Shown: piece by piece, positions 38,955-52,123 of the stretch
Numbering within the stretch: position 1 is the first letter of the stretch
Layout of the letters: each line of letters begins with the position of its first letter
DNA from: Felis catus
Lineage: Eukaryota
NCBI RefSeq assembly: GCF_018350175.1
Contig: NC_058373.1
Span: 104,348,001-104,412,000, forward strand
Length of the DNA: 64,000 nt
Reading direction: 5' to 3'
Notes under the pieces: model-generated
What the model saw: only the letters and a program-made list of their open reading frames with translations
Database searches by the model: none
Told to the model about the DNA's origin: nothing
Translations under genes and position numbers: made by a program

Positions 38955-39125
38955 TTTTTTAAGTTTATTAATTTCTTTTAGAGAGAGAGAAAGAGAGCAA
39001 GTGGGGGAGGTACAGAGACAGAATCCCAAGCAGGCTGACATTGGGCTCGAACCCACAAACCATGAGATCATGACCCGAGCTGAGATCAAGAGTCGGATGT
39101 TTAACCAACTGAGCCACCCAGGTGC
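38955..39125 (-). mobile_element. Can-SINE
   Basis: gaatcccaagcagg...gagccacccaggtgc. Confidence 0.88.
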
Positions 39126-39381
39126 TTCTCCTGAGTCTGTCCTTCTCCTCCCATCTTCGAAAATTCCGCTGATTTGTTGAAGGAACTGGGTCATTGATTG
39201 CATACAATTTCCTATATTCTAGATTTGGCTGATCGCCTCCTCCCCCAACTTGATCTTTTATTCCCTTGTTCTACCTGTCCTTTTATTATTTTCAAGCTAG
39301 CTGTGAGATCTCTAGACTTGATGAGATCCAGATACTTCCTCTTTGGCAAGGATGACTCCTGGGTGGTGCTGTGTATTTCTT

Positions 39382-39584
39382 TTTTTTTTTTTTTTTTTAA
39401 TTTTTTTTCAACGTTTTTTATTTATTTTTGGGACAGAGAGAGACAGAGCATGAACGGGGGAGGGGCAGAGAGAGAGGGAGACACAGAATCGGAAACAGGC
39501 TCCAGGCTCTGAGCCATCAGCCCAGAGCCCGACGCGGGGCTCGAACTCACGGACCGCGAGATCGAACTCACGGACCGCGAGATC
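39382..39584 (-). mobile_element. 5'-truncated young SINEC_Fc with a 21-bp tandem duplication
   Basis: TSD gtgtatttctt at 39371-39381 and 39585-39595. Confidence 0.9.
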
Positions 39585-39664
39585 GTGTATTTCTTATTGC
39601 ATCACATCAGGAGACATCGGACGCCCCATTTTTAGTGATGTGAAGATTGATCCACAGATTAGAC

Positions 39665-40665
39665 TGTTGGTAGACAATTCTCCGTGGGGCTCTTGCGTTT
39701 CTCCATGTTTTGCAAGAAAGAAGTTTAACTGCTTTTTGTCTAGATTATCTTTTCAAGGATGTTTGCCTATGAACGGTCTTAGAAGAAAGAGATAGTGTCT
39801 GTTGCTGGAGCAAAGGACAGACAAGCTTGCTGTACAGTATGAAATATCAGAATTCCCTAAACTTGGGATTCCTGTCCTGTAAAACAACCCACTAAATATA
39901 CAAGGTCATCTGATCCTTTTTGTGTTGCTCTATTAGAACTGGGGCTCAGGGAACCAGTTTAAAAATGATGATACTAAAAATAGCCACTGCTTATTGCTGT
40001 AATTGATAGTCCTTGGTATTAGACTGGATTCTCCAGAGAAACACACACACACACACACGTACACACACATGAGAGAGAGAGAGAGACAGACAGAGACAGA
40101 GACAGACAGAGATGGAGAGAGACAGAGAGACTTATTTACTGTAAGGAATTGGCTCATATGATTACAGAGGCTGACAAGGCCAAGATCTGTAGTCATGCAG
40201 CTGGGAAACCCAGGAGGTATAAGTTCCAGTCTGAGTCCAAAGGCCTGAGAAGCAGGAAAGCTGATAGTATAAGTTTCAGTCGGAATCCAAGTCTGAAGGT
40301 GGGAGAAGACCAATTGTGGCAGCTGAGCTTGAATACAGAAAGAATTTTTTCTTGCTCAGCCTTTTGTTCTATTCAGGACTTGGGTGGAGCAGATGAGGCC
40401 CACCCACGCTGCGGAGGGCAATCAACCTTTAGTCCGTCTACAGATTCAAATGTTAGTCTTATCCAGAAGCAACCTCACAGACACACCCAAAAACAATGTT
40501 TAAAGCAAATATCTGGGTACCCCATGGTCCAGTCAACACATAAAATTAAACATCACAGTCTTTAACCCAGAGTCTATACATTTAATCAGCTTCCATGAAA
40601 TTTGGCAGGTTAATTTGTTATCTTGCAAATGGGGTAAAATCTCAGACCCTTCACAGCTCTTGATA
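39665..40665 (+). mobile_element. Old LTR (family uncertain) interrupted by MLT2
   Basis: tgttggtagacaattctcc...tcttttcaaggatgtttg 5' half; ...ggtaaaatctcagacccttcacag 3' half. Confidence 0.55.
40015..40557 (-). mobile_element. MLT2 (ERVL) LTR containing (CA)/(GA) repeats
   Basis: ttctccagagaaac...aaggaattggctca...taaaattaaacatcaca. Confidence 0.82.
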
Positions 40666-41013
40666 TACCCTTCATTAAAAAAAGATTTGTCAATGGGTTC
40701 AGGGTGTGTCAGTCTGATCTCTCCATTGGGAAACTTCCAGCAGCATTTCACCTTCAGATTTAGTATTCTTCGATTTTCACTGCTTAGATTCATTCTTTTA
40801 TTAGGGGTTGCAAAGTGGTGTCCATCTAATTCTACCATTCTGTTTGCATTTATTTAGTAGGAATATTTCTACCAAGAAGAATTTTCTTTCATGCTATTCG
40901 GTTATGCTGAAATCCAATTTATACAGGAAAGGCAGGATTAATTGCTAGTTCCTTCCTGTTATTTACTAGTTTTAAGAATCATGAGTTGGTGTGGTCGAAA
41001 CCTCCAAAGTGAT

Positions 41014-41218
41014 GGGGCGTCTGGGTGGCTCACTCGGTTTGAGTGTTTGACTCTTGGTTTCAGCTCAGGTCATGATCTCACAGTTTGTGAGATCAAGGCT
41101 CACATCAGACTCTGCACTGACAGCATGGAGCCTGCTTGGGATTCTGTCTCTCCCTCTCTCTCTGCCCTTCCCCTGCTCATGCTCTCTCTCAAAAATAAAT
41201 TAATTAATTTTAAAAAAA
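41014..41218 (+). mobile_element. Can-SINE
   Basis: TSD aaa(c/t)ctccaaagtgat. Confidence 0.9.
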
Positions 41219-41404
41219 GGAAATCTCCAAAGTGATAACTATGTTTGTCTTTTGAGTTATTATTTTACTTATTATAAACGAATAGATTTTTTTTTTTTAT
41301 ATTTCATATTTGTAATTCATTGCAGTTCCTCTCTTTACTCAAATTGATCCATCTTTGGCCATTTGGAGCCCCTTCTGACGGCCACTGTAACCTTTATTTA
41401 TTTA

Positions 41405-41622
41405 AAAAAAACTTTTTTAAGTCTTTATTTATTTTTGAGACAGAGACAGTGTGTGAGCCGGGGAGGAGCGGAGAGAGAGGGAGTCACAGAATGAGAAGCA
41501 GGCTTCAGGCTCTGAGCTGCCAACACAGAGCCGGGCGCAGGGCTCGAACCCACAAACCCATGAACCGTGAGATCATGACCTGAGCCAAAGTCAGACACTC
41601 AACTGACTGAGCCACTCCGGCA
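41405..41622 (-). mobile_element. Can-SINE
   Basis: SINE body; gtaacc(t/c)tta flanks. Confidence 0.88.
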
Positions 41623-42749
41623 AACGGTAACCCTTAAATATGATTGCAGTGGTACTTGATAATTTCTTCACTTTCTTGCACAACGAAGTGGCCCAGGATC
41701 ATCTTACACATTCTTGCTGTTTCCTGGAATCAGTCGTTTCTCCAAGCAGTCCTGACTTCTTTCGGTAGTATGTAGTCTTTAGAGGACACAATTTGGGTGG
41801 AGGTGGTACTCAAAGCTACTAGACTGTTACTGTTTTCAGGCCCTTTTAGGGACTAGAGCTGGGAAATATATTTTTTTTTTTTAAAGAAAAAATATGCATT
41901 CATATTGAAATTTCCAATTCAAATTTGTAAGTATAGAGTTTTACTGAACTTCTTTGATTTTATATTTAGCTGTCATGCTGAAAATCTTGGTTCATTATTA
42001 TTTACGTGCTTTAGTGTCCAACAAACACATGATAATTTCAAATACTATCACTATCAGTATGGTAACTGATACAATTTATTTTCTTTACGGTTCTTTTACC
42101 TTTAGGCTTTTATCGTATATCCCACTCATGATATGGAGTTAAAATGCTGTGCTTCAGAGTTATTTGAAATAGTGATTCTCTGTGTGGTCATGCCACCAAT
42201 TTGATATACTTGGGTTTATTTGTTTTCAATATTTAGACGATGCTTTTTAATTTTTGATTTAATTTTATTTTTGCTTATATAAAATACTTAGACAATTCCA
42301 AATCCTCTACCTAGTCTGTTCATTGGATTAGAACTTGAGGTGGTCTTTTCATACCGCCTATTCATTCATTCATTCAACAGATATTTGTGAAGCACCTGTC
42401 CTAGGCTAGTGTGGGGTCTATAGTAGTGAACAAACCAGACAGCAGTCCTTACCCCCATAGAGCTTGCATTTAAGTGTGATGTTTGGAGAAACAACTCTCT
42501 TGACAATGTCTGCAGTTCTCCCTTGTGCCTTCTGTTCCTGTCCCCCCTTGTTTCTCTTCTCTTCTCCAGGGACTCTGCATGAAGCAGAAGTGGCAAATGG
42601 TCTTGGGTGGTAAAGGAAAAGGAAAATTTCCCTCAGTTCTCTTTTCTAGCTTCTCTACATCCACATAATATTAGTAAGTTACTTAATATTTCCAAGGCTG
42701 AATTTATACATATGAAAAATGTAAAAAGAAAAGAAAGAAAAATGTATTC

Positions 42750-43170
42750 CCCATCCTCTTGAGCCTGAGTCTTGAATCCGACTGCTTTGACCAACCAAAC
42801 ATGACAGAAGTCACACTGCCAATTTCAAGTCCAGCCTTTAAGAGGACTGACAGTTTCCATTTCCTTCTTGGAATCAGTTGCCATGTCATCAGGAAGCCTA
42901 AGCAGCCCATGGAGAGACTCCTATGGAAAAGAACTGAAGCCCTGGGCTGACAGTTCCCAGCTTATAGCCAACAATTTGCCTGCCATGTGAGTGAGCTGTC
43001 TTGGATGTGAATCCTCCAATGCCAGAAGTGCCCCCACTGATGTCAAACGTAGAGAAGTAAGCTGTCCTACCAAGCCCCGTCCAAACTGCAAAATCTGAGC
43101 AATAAATAATTATTTGAAGCCACTGAATTTTGAAGTGGTTTGTTATGCAGCAATAGGGCAGCAACATAGT
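42750..43170 (+). mobile_element. MLT1 (MaLR) LTR
   Basis: gactgctttgaccaa...ccttaagaggactg-like...tttgaagccactgaattttgaagtggtttgttatgcagcaatag. Confidence 0.8.
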
Positions 43171-44289
43171 AGGTACTCATTGAGAAGAAGTTCTATTCCA
43201 TAATATTTAAAAGTATTTACAAGGCTTAGCCTTGTAATCTCTGACCAGAAACCATGAGTTTCTGCTCAGGATTTGATGCATCTGTATATCATCAAGGATT
43301 TCTGTTACTCTCTTGACATTTAGATTAAGAAACCGTGGCAAAGACTGTCATCCACATTTCAAAGGTTTCTAACTCTGGCAATACTTTTAATTGTCTATAT
43401 TTGCTGTGATCTCCCTATTCCTTGTCTTTGGACCGCCATGTTGATTTGCTAATGATAAGTTTTATTATCATTATAATCATACCCCTTTACAAGTTATGGT
43501 TATTATAGGTCGGTCCTTATTAACTAGTTTTCACTTATTGAAAAAAAAACTTGCAATTCATTTGTGTCTATATTGGTATGTTTTAAACCAGATCTGTAGT
43601 GAATTGATTGATTACCATAGAATCAGATGTCCACAAGGAATTTCAAAACTTCTGTGGTTTGGCTTTCCCATACCTGTAGACAAATAGACAGATATTTCAT
43701 TTTCCAGTATTTCCAGGGAAGATCTCAGCCTGCAGGATAAAGGGAAGAGATGCAGTGTAGCCCAACAGATTCTGAAGAGGAAAGAGAGATGGGGAGAAAA
43801 ATAAAAAATGGGAATAGGGAAGAAAAAATAAGTAGTGGGATAGACTCTGCCCTCCGAATTTGGTGGGTGGTGCATCTTGTCCTGACACGTTCACTGCCTG
43901 GTCTGTAGGACATCACTGTGTAATACTTGGGATGGCTTTATGTGTCTACCTCTAAGAGCTCCAAGCTTATTGGTAATTAGATATTATTTTAAACCCTTGG
44001 TATGTATTACATAGCCTATATTAGGAATACCTCTGAAATACTAAGTCAGGAAAGAAGCCATAAGCTAGATAATATGGACTTTGCAAAGAATAATGGAAAA
44101 AATGGAAGCCAACTCAGTACAAGACAGAAGGTCAGGGCCAAATCCACTGACCTATTTTCCAGAAAGGGTGATAAGGAATACCCATTTTCCCAGGAAAGAA
44201 AACAAGCAAGGAAAGAAATGCTGGAGTGGGAAAGAGGACTGAAAGACGTTAGAAAACAATCTCACTGTCCTCAACTTTTTGTGATTACA

Positions 44290-44473
44290 TTCCTTTCCTC
44301 TTCCTTCCTTCCTTCCTTCTTTCCTTCCTTCTTTCTTTCCTTCCTTCTTTCTTTCTTTCCTTCCTTCCTTCCTTCCTTCCTTCCTTCCTTCCTTCCTTCC
44401 TTCCTTCCTTCCTTCTTTCCTTCCTTCCTTCCTTCCTTCCTTCCTTCCTTCCTTCCTTCCTTCCTTCCTTCCT
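44290..44473. repeat. (TTCC)n tetranucleotide microsatellite
   Basis: Seen directly; pure pyrimidine tract of ~180 bp. Confidence 0.97.
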
Positions 44474-46244
44474 TTTCCCAACTAAGGAGTACATACAATA
44501 AGGATGACCAGCAGAGGGCCTTCAAATGAACATTAGCACTGAACACTTTCATATCTGTGTGAGATCTTTGAGCTTTTGGTTCTCTTTCCTACAGGATTTT
44601 ATTTTAAGAAAATTAAAAAAAAAAAAAACCTCTTCACGCTTTATTGGGAAATAGTTACAAAAAACCACAGACCTCAATGCATGTCTCTGACATGGAATTA
44701 TGATTGCAATATTTCAAGGAGAACAAGGTACTTCAGCAAAAAGTCAGTAGGTGGCAAACTTCTACAACCCTTAGACTGAAGAAGGCCAGTAATGAGTAGA
44801 TCACAGACGACAGAAATATTGGGGGTTCTTGCTTCTTTTTTGGAGGGTGGGATGGGTGGTGGCTGGTTTGTGTGTGTGCCTGTGTGTGTCTGTGTTATAT
44901 TGCAAAACACACTGAGTGAAAAATAAGTCTCTTTCCAAATAGTTATTAAGACATTTACCAAAGAAGCTAAATCAGTATGTATCATAATCAGTTGGTCAAC
45001 CCATCTCTCCTGAAGGTCACTATGAGTGCTCGGTTATCTCAGCCCCTGTGGGAGAGACAGTGGAATAGAAGGTCCCTAAATTCCCCTTCATTTAGAGTCT
45101 GTGATTTTAGGTGTTTCACTTGATCCTAAGTCTTACCTGCCCTCAAGAAGCCTTTCAATGTCTTATAAACCAGACGTTGATTGAGAGAGTTCCCAAATTT
45201 ACATGGTGGGATAAGGTTTGGATTATATTTTTGGAGGAAATTATTTTTGGGAAATGTTGAAGGATGACAGGAACATTTGTGTAAGTCCATTGGGGTACAA
45301 AAAACAGGACATTGTAAAATAACATTGTGTTTCCTTCCTGAAAACCTGGATTCAATGATAACATCTTTTCTGGTTCCTAGAATCTCCAAATTTAGAGTTT
45401 GTGCTGATAAATTCTGAAGAGAAATTATTTCTTTATCCATTCTCTCAGAGAGTCATTTCCTAGTAAAAGGCTGTTTCAGAACTCCCACTATCTCCTCCAT
45501 CACTGGCATGTTGTTCTTGGATGGGATGGCGCCATTGCTATGCTTTATACTTGCGTGATGTGTTAGGGACATAGCCAGTCCAGAAACATCCATTTGTCAT
45601 GGACATATGCTGCTTTTATTCAGTGGTCTTGAATCCCTTCTTGGGGGAAAATGCCCATCCCAACTCCATGTAGTTCTGCAAGGCTTTCAATCACTTGGAC
45701 CTGCCTTCCCAAATGTGGGGATGTGATGCAGCATGCCCATTAGATTCCTTTTGGGGATTTGATTTTCATGCTGGGGGGAGCATGCAATATGATATTTTAT
45801 TTCTGTTCTTGCTAAACTTAAAGGATATGTAACTTTGGATGCTAATAGTCATGATGTCTGTTATATACTCTAAAGTCTACATTGTCTAATATTTTTTTAT
45901 TTTTTATTTTTTTATTTTTTATATCCAAATTAGTTAGCATATAGTGCAACATTGTCTAATATTTTTTTATTTTTTTATTTTTTACATCCAAATTAGTTAG
46001 CATATAGTGCAACGATTTCAGGAGTAGATTCCTTAGTGGCCCTTACACATTTAGCCCATCCCCCCTCCCACACCCCCTCCAGTAACCCCCAGTTTGTTCT
46101 CCATATTTAAGAGTCTTTTATGTTTTGTCCCCCTCCCTGTTCTTATATTATTTTTGCTTCCCTTCCCTTATGTTCATCTGTTTTTTACCTTAAAGTCCTC
46201 ATATGAGTGAAGTCATATGATATTTGTCTTTCTCTAATTTCACT

Positions 46245-49200
46245 TAGCATAATACCCTCCAGTTCCATCCATGTAGTTGCAAATGGCAAGATTTCATTCT
46301 TTTTTGATTGCTGAGTAATGCTCCATTGTATGTATATATATACCACATCTTCTTTATCCATTCATCCATTGATGGACATTTGGGCTCTTTCCATACTTTG
46401 GCTATTGTTGATAGTGCTGCTATAAACGTGGGGGTGCATGTGTCCCTTTGAAATAGCACACCTGTATCCCGTGGATAAATACCTAGTAGTGCAATTGCTG
46501 GGTCGTAGGGTAGTTCTATTTTTAGTTTTTTGAGGAACCTCCATACTGTTTTCCAGAGTGGCTGCACCAGCTTGCATTCCCACCAGCAATGCAAAAGAGT
46601 TCCCCTTTCTCCGCATCCTCACCAACATCTGTTGTTGCCTGAGTTGTTAATGTTAGCCATCCTGACAGGTGTAAGGTGGTATCTCACTGTGGTTTTTATT
46701 TGTATTACCCTGATGAGTGATGTGGAGCATTTTCTCATGTGTCAGTTGGCCATCTGGATGTGTTCTTTGGAGAAGTGTCTAATCGTGTCTTTTGCCCATT
46801 TCTTCACTGGATTGCTTGTTTCTTGGGTGTTGAGTTTGATAAGTTCTTTATAGATTTTGGATACTAACCCTTTATCTGATATGTCATTTGCAAATATCTT
46901 CTCCCATTCTGTCGGTTGCCTTTTAGTTTTGCTGACTGTTTCCTTCGCTGTGCAGAAGCTTTTTATTTTGATGAGGTCCCAGTAGTTCATTTTTGCTTTT
47001 GTTTCCCTTGCCTCCGGAGACGTGTTGAGTAAGAAGTTGCTGCAGGCAAGATCAAAGAGGTTTTTGCCTGCTTTCTCCTCAAGGATTTTGATGGCTTCCT
47101 GTCTTATATTGAGGTGTTTCATCCATTTTGAGTTTATTTTTGTGTCTGGTGTAAGAAAGTGGTCCAGGTTCATTCTTCTGCATGTCGCTGTCCAGTTTTC
47201 CCAGCACCACTTGCTGAAGAGACTGTCTTTCTTCCATTGGATATTCGTTCCTGCTTTGTCAAAGATTAGCTGGCCATACGTTTGTGAGTCCATTCCTGGT
47301 TCTCTATTCTGTTCCATTGACCTGAGTGTCTGTTTTTGTGCCAGTACCATGCTGTCTTGATGGTTACAGCTTTGTAGTATAGCTTGAAGTCTGGGACTGT
47401 GATGCTTTCTGCTTTGGTTTTCTTTTTCAAGATCACTTTGGCTATTCAGGGTCCTTTCTGGTTCCATACAAATTTTAGGATTATTTGTTCTAGCTGTGTG
47501 AAGAATGCTGGAGTTATTTTGATAGGGATTGCATTGAATGTGTAGATTGCTTTGGGTAGTATCGACATTTTAACAATATTTGTTCTTCCTATCGAGGAGC
47601 ATAGAATCTTTTTCCATTCTTTTGTGTCTTCTTCAATTTCTTTAATAAGCTTTCTGAAGTTTTCAGTGTATAGATTTTTCGCCTCTTTGGTTAGATTTAT
47701 TCCTCGGTATTTTATGGTTTTTTGTGCAACTGTAAATGGGATCAGTTCCTTGATTTCTCTTTCTGTCGCTTCATTGTTGGTATATAGGAATGCAACCAAT
47801 TTCTGTTTGTTGATTTTATATCCTGCAACTTTGCTGAATTCATGAAGCAATTCTAGCAGTTGTTTGGTGGAATCTTTTGGGCTTTCCATATAGAGTATTA
47901 TGTCATCTGCGAAGAGTGAAAGTTTGACCTCCTCCTGGCCGATTTGGATTTTATTTCTTTGTGTTGTCTGATTGCAGAGGCTAAGACTTCCAATACTGTG
48001 TTGAATAACAGTGGTGAAAGTGGACATCCCTGTCTTGTTCCTGACCTTGGGGGGAAAACTCTCAGTTTTTCCCCATTGAGGATGATATTAGCGTTGGGTC
48101 ATTCATATATGGCTTTCATGGTCTCGAGGTATGCTCCTTCTATCCCTACTTTCTTGAGGGTTTTTATCAAGAAGGGATGCTGTATTTTGTCAAATGGTTT
48201 CTCTGCATCTATTGAGAGGATCATATGGTTCTTGTCCTTTCTTTTATTGATGTGATGAATCACGTTAATTGTTTTGCAGATATTGAACCAGCCCTGCATC
48301 CCAGGTATAAATCCCACTTGGTCGTGGTGAATAATTTTTTTAATGTATTGTTGGATCTGGTTGACTAATACCATGTTGAGTTTTGCATCCATGTTCGTCA
48401 GGGAAATTGGTCTATAGGTCTCCTTTTTAGTGGGGTCTCTGTCTGGTCTTGGAACCAAGGTAATACTGGCTTCATAGAAAGAGTTTGGAAGTTTTCCTTT
48501 CATTTCTATTTTTTGAAACAGCTTCAAGAGAATAGGTGTTAACTCTTCCTTAAATGTTTGGTAGAATTCCCCTGGAAAGCCATCTGGCCCTGGACTCCTG
48601 TTTTTTGGCAGATTTTTTATTACTAATTTGATTTCCTTACTGGTTACGGGTCTGGTCAAATTTTCTATTTCTTTCTGTTTCAGTTTTGGTAGTGTATATG
48701 TTTCTAGAAATTTGTCCATTTCTTCCAGATTACTCATTTTATTGGCATATAACTGGTCATAATATTTTCTTATTATTGTTTTTATTTCTCTTGTGTTGGT
48801 TGTGATCTCTTCTCTTTCATTCTTGATTTTATTTATTTGGGCCCTTTCCTTTTTCTTCTTGATCAAACTGGCTAATGGTTTATCAATTTTGTTAATTCTT
48901 TCAAAGAACTAGCTTCTGATTTCATTGATCTGTTCTGTTTTTCTTTTGGTTTTGATAGCATTAATTTCTGCTCTCATCTTTATTATTTCCTGTCTTCTGT
49001 TGGTTTTGGGTTTTATTTGTTGTTCTTTTTCCAGCTCCTTAAGGCGTGAGGTGAGGTTGTGTATCTGAGATCTTTCTTCCTTCTTTAGGAAGGCCTGGAT
49101 TGCTATATACTTTCCTCTTATGACTGCCTTTGCTGTGTCCCAGAGGTTTTGGGTTGTGGTGTTATCATTTTCAGTGACTTCCATATACTTTTTTTTTTTT

Positions 49201-50216
49201 CAACGTTTATTTATCTTTGGGACAGAGAGAGACAGCATGAACGGGGGAGGGGCAGAGAGAGAGGGAGACACAGAATCGGAAACAGGCTCCAGGCTCTGAG
49301 CCATCAGCCCAGAGCCTGACGCGGGGCTCGAACTCCCGGACCGCGAGATCGTGACCTGGCTGAAGTCGGACGCTCAACCGACTGTGCCACCCAGGCGCCC
49401 CAACTTTTTAATTTCCTCTTTAACTGCTTGGTTAGCCCATTCATTCTTTAGTAGGATGTTCTTCAGTCTCCAAGTATTTGTTACCTTTCCAAATTTTTTC
49501 TTGTGGTTGATTTCGAGTTTCATAGCGTTGTGGTCTGAAAATATGCACGGTATGATCTCGATCTTTTTGTACTTACTTAGGGCTGATTTGTGTCCCAGTA
49601 TATGATCTATTCTTGAGAACGTTCCATGTGCACTGGAGAAGAATGTATATTCTGCTGCTTTAGGATGAAATGTTCTGAATATATCTGTTAAGTCCATCTG
49701 GTCCAGTGTGTCATTCAAAGCCATTGTTTCCTTGTTTATTTTTTGATTAGATGATCTGTTCATCGCTGTGAGTGGATGTTGAAGTCTCCTACTATTATGG
49801 TATTATTATCGATGAATTTCTTTATGTTTTTTGTTTAATTGATTTATATATCTGGGTGCTCTCACATTTGGCGCATAAATGTTTACAATTGTTAGGTTTT
49901 CTTGGTGGATAGACCCCTTGATTATGATAAAATGCCCTTCTGCATCTCTTGATACAGTCTTTATTTTAAAGTCTAGATTGCCTGATATAAGTGTGGCTAT
50001 TCTGGCTTTCTTTTGTTGACCATTAATATGATAGATCGTTCTCCATCCCCTTATTTTTAATCTGAAGGTGTCTTTAGGTCTAAAGTGGGTCTCTTGTAAA
50101 CAGCATATAGATGGATCTTGTTTTCTTATCCATTCTGTTACCCTATGTCTTTTGATTGGAGCATTGAGTCCATTGACGTTTAGAGTGAGTACTGAAAGAT
50201 ATGAATTTATTGCCAT
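46245..50216 (-). pseudogene. L1 ORF2 (endonuclease/reverse transcriptase), disrupted
   Basis: [36 protein letters not shown] and LFADD motifs split across frames, plus a SINE insertion. Confidence 0.93.
49189..49401 (-). mobile_element. Young SINEC_Fc inside L1 ORF2
   Basis: CpG-rich near-consensus copy; short acttttt TSD. Confidence 0.93.
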
Positions 50217-50281
50217 TATGTTGCTTGTAGAGTTGGAGTTTCTGGTGATGCTCTCTGGTCCTTTCTAATCTTTGTTGCTTT

Positions 50282-50462
50282 TGTGTGTGTGTATATATAT
50301 ATATATGTGTATATATATATATATACATATATATATACACACATGTATATGTATATATATGTATATATATCAAATATATACACACATGTATATGTAAATA
50401 TATGTATATATATGTATATATATCAAATATATATACATGTATATATATATATATATATATTT
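50282..50462. repeat. (TA)/(CA)-rich microsatellite in the L1 inter-ORF region
   Basis: Seen directly. Confidence 0.9.
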
Positions 50463-50479
50463 TTTTTTTTCATCTTTTC

Positions 50480-51364
50480 TCCCCTCAGAGAGTCCCCCTT
50501 AAAATTTCTTGCAGGGCTGGTTTAGTGTCACAAACTCCTTTAACTTTGTTTGTCTGGGAAACTTTTTATCTCTTCTTCTATTTTGAACAACAGCCTTGCT
50601 GGATAAAGAATTCTTGGCTGCATATTTTCCTGATTCAGCACATTGAATATATCCTGCCACTCCTTTCTGGCCTGCCAAGTTTCTGTGGATAGGTCTGCTG
50701 CAAACCTGATCTGTCTTCCCTTGTAGGTTAGGGACTTTTTTTCCTTTGCTGCTTTCATGATTCTCTCCTTGCCTGAGTATTTTATGAATTTGATTGTGAT
50801 ATGCCTTGTTGATGGTCAGTTTTTGTTGAATCCACTGGGGGTCCTCTGTGCTTCCTGGATTTTGATGTCTGTGTCTTTCCCCAGGTTAGGAAAGTTTTCT
50901 GCTATGATTTGCTCACATAACCCTTCTACCCCTATTTCTCTCTCTTCCTCTTCTGGGACCCCTATGATTCTGATGTTGTTTGTTTTTAATGAGTCATTGA
51001 TTTCTCTAATTCTTAAATCATGCTCTTTTGCCTTAATCTCCCTCTTTTTTTCTGCTTCTTTATTCTCCATAAGTTTATCGTCTATATCGCTGATTCTCTG
51101 TTCTGCCTCATCCATCCTTGCCACCGCTGCATCCATCCGTGATTGTAGCTCAGTTATAGCATTTTTAATTTCATTCTGGCTATTTTTTACTTCTTTTATC
51201 TCTGCGGAAAGGGATTCTAATCTATTTTTGACTCCAGCTAGTATTCTTATTATCGTGATTCTAAATTCTGGCTCAGACATCTTGCTTGTATCTGTGTTGG
51301 TTAAATCCCTGGCTGTCGTTTCTTCGTGCTCTTTCTTTTGGGGTGAACTCCTTTGTTTTGTCAT
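50480..51364 (-). pseudogene. L1 ORF1, disrupted
   Basis: MTKQRSSPQKKE...NNIRIIGVPEEEE...IIAENFPNL, then a separate fragment ...WQDIFNVL...PRILYPARL. Confidence 0.9.
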
Positions 51365-51907
51365 TTTGAAGGGAGAAAAGGAATTAATGAGGTAGAAAAA
51401 TTGAAATTAAAATAAAATTAAAAATATTAAAATTAAAAAATTAAAAACACACACACACAAAATCTAATAAATGATGCTAGATCCTAGGTTTGTTTTGGTC
51501 TGGGTGTTGAAAATGGTTTGACAGATTAGAGAAAAAAAGGTGGGGGGGAAGGAAATCGTTTGAGAATTTGAAAAAATGAATACACTGAAGTAGACTAAAA
51601 TGAGATGATGGGAGTAAAATAGAATTTGAAAAAAATTACACAAAAGTAAAGAATATGGTAGAAAAATTTAAAGGAAAATATTTTTAATAAAAATTAAAAA
51701 TAAAATGAATTTTTTCTCTTTCTGCATTCAGGAAAAAGAAAAGAAATGAAAAAGTGAAAAAAGAAAAGTTAAAAAAAAAGGAAATCGTTTGAAAATTTGA
51801 AAAGGTGAATACACTGAAGTGGACTAAAATAAAATGATGGAAGATAGAATTTGAAAACATTTACTCAAAAGTAAAAATATAGTAAAAGAAAATTAAAGAA
51901 AAATATT

Positions 51908-52123
51908 TTTTTCTTTAATTTTTTTAATGTTTATATATTTTTGAGACAGAGAGAGACGGAGCATGAACGGGAGAGGGTCAGAGAGGGAGGGAGACACAGA
52001 ATGCGAAGCAGGCTCCAGGCCTGAGCTGTCAGCACAGAGCCCGAGGCGGGACTTGAGCTAATGGACTGTGAGATCACAACCTGAGCTGAAGTCAGACACT
52101 TAACCGAGCCACCCAGGTGCCTC
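51908..52123 (-). mobile_element. Can-SINE inside the L1 5' UTR
   Basis: aaaaatattttt repeated on both sides. Confidence 0.9.

Noticed and set aside
44002..44552. FLPS/KEGR repeat ORFs
   Set aside because: Products of the (TTCC)n microsatellite.
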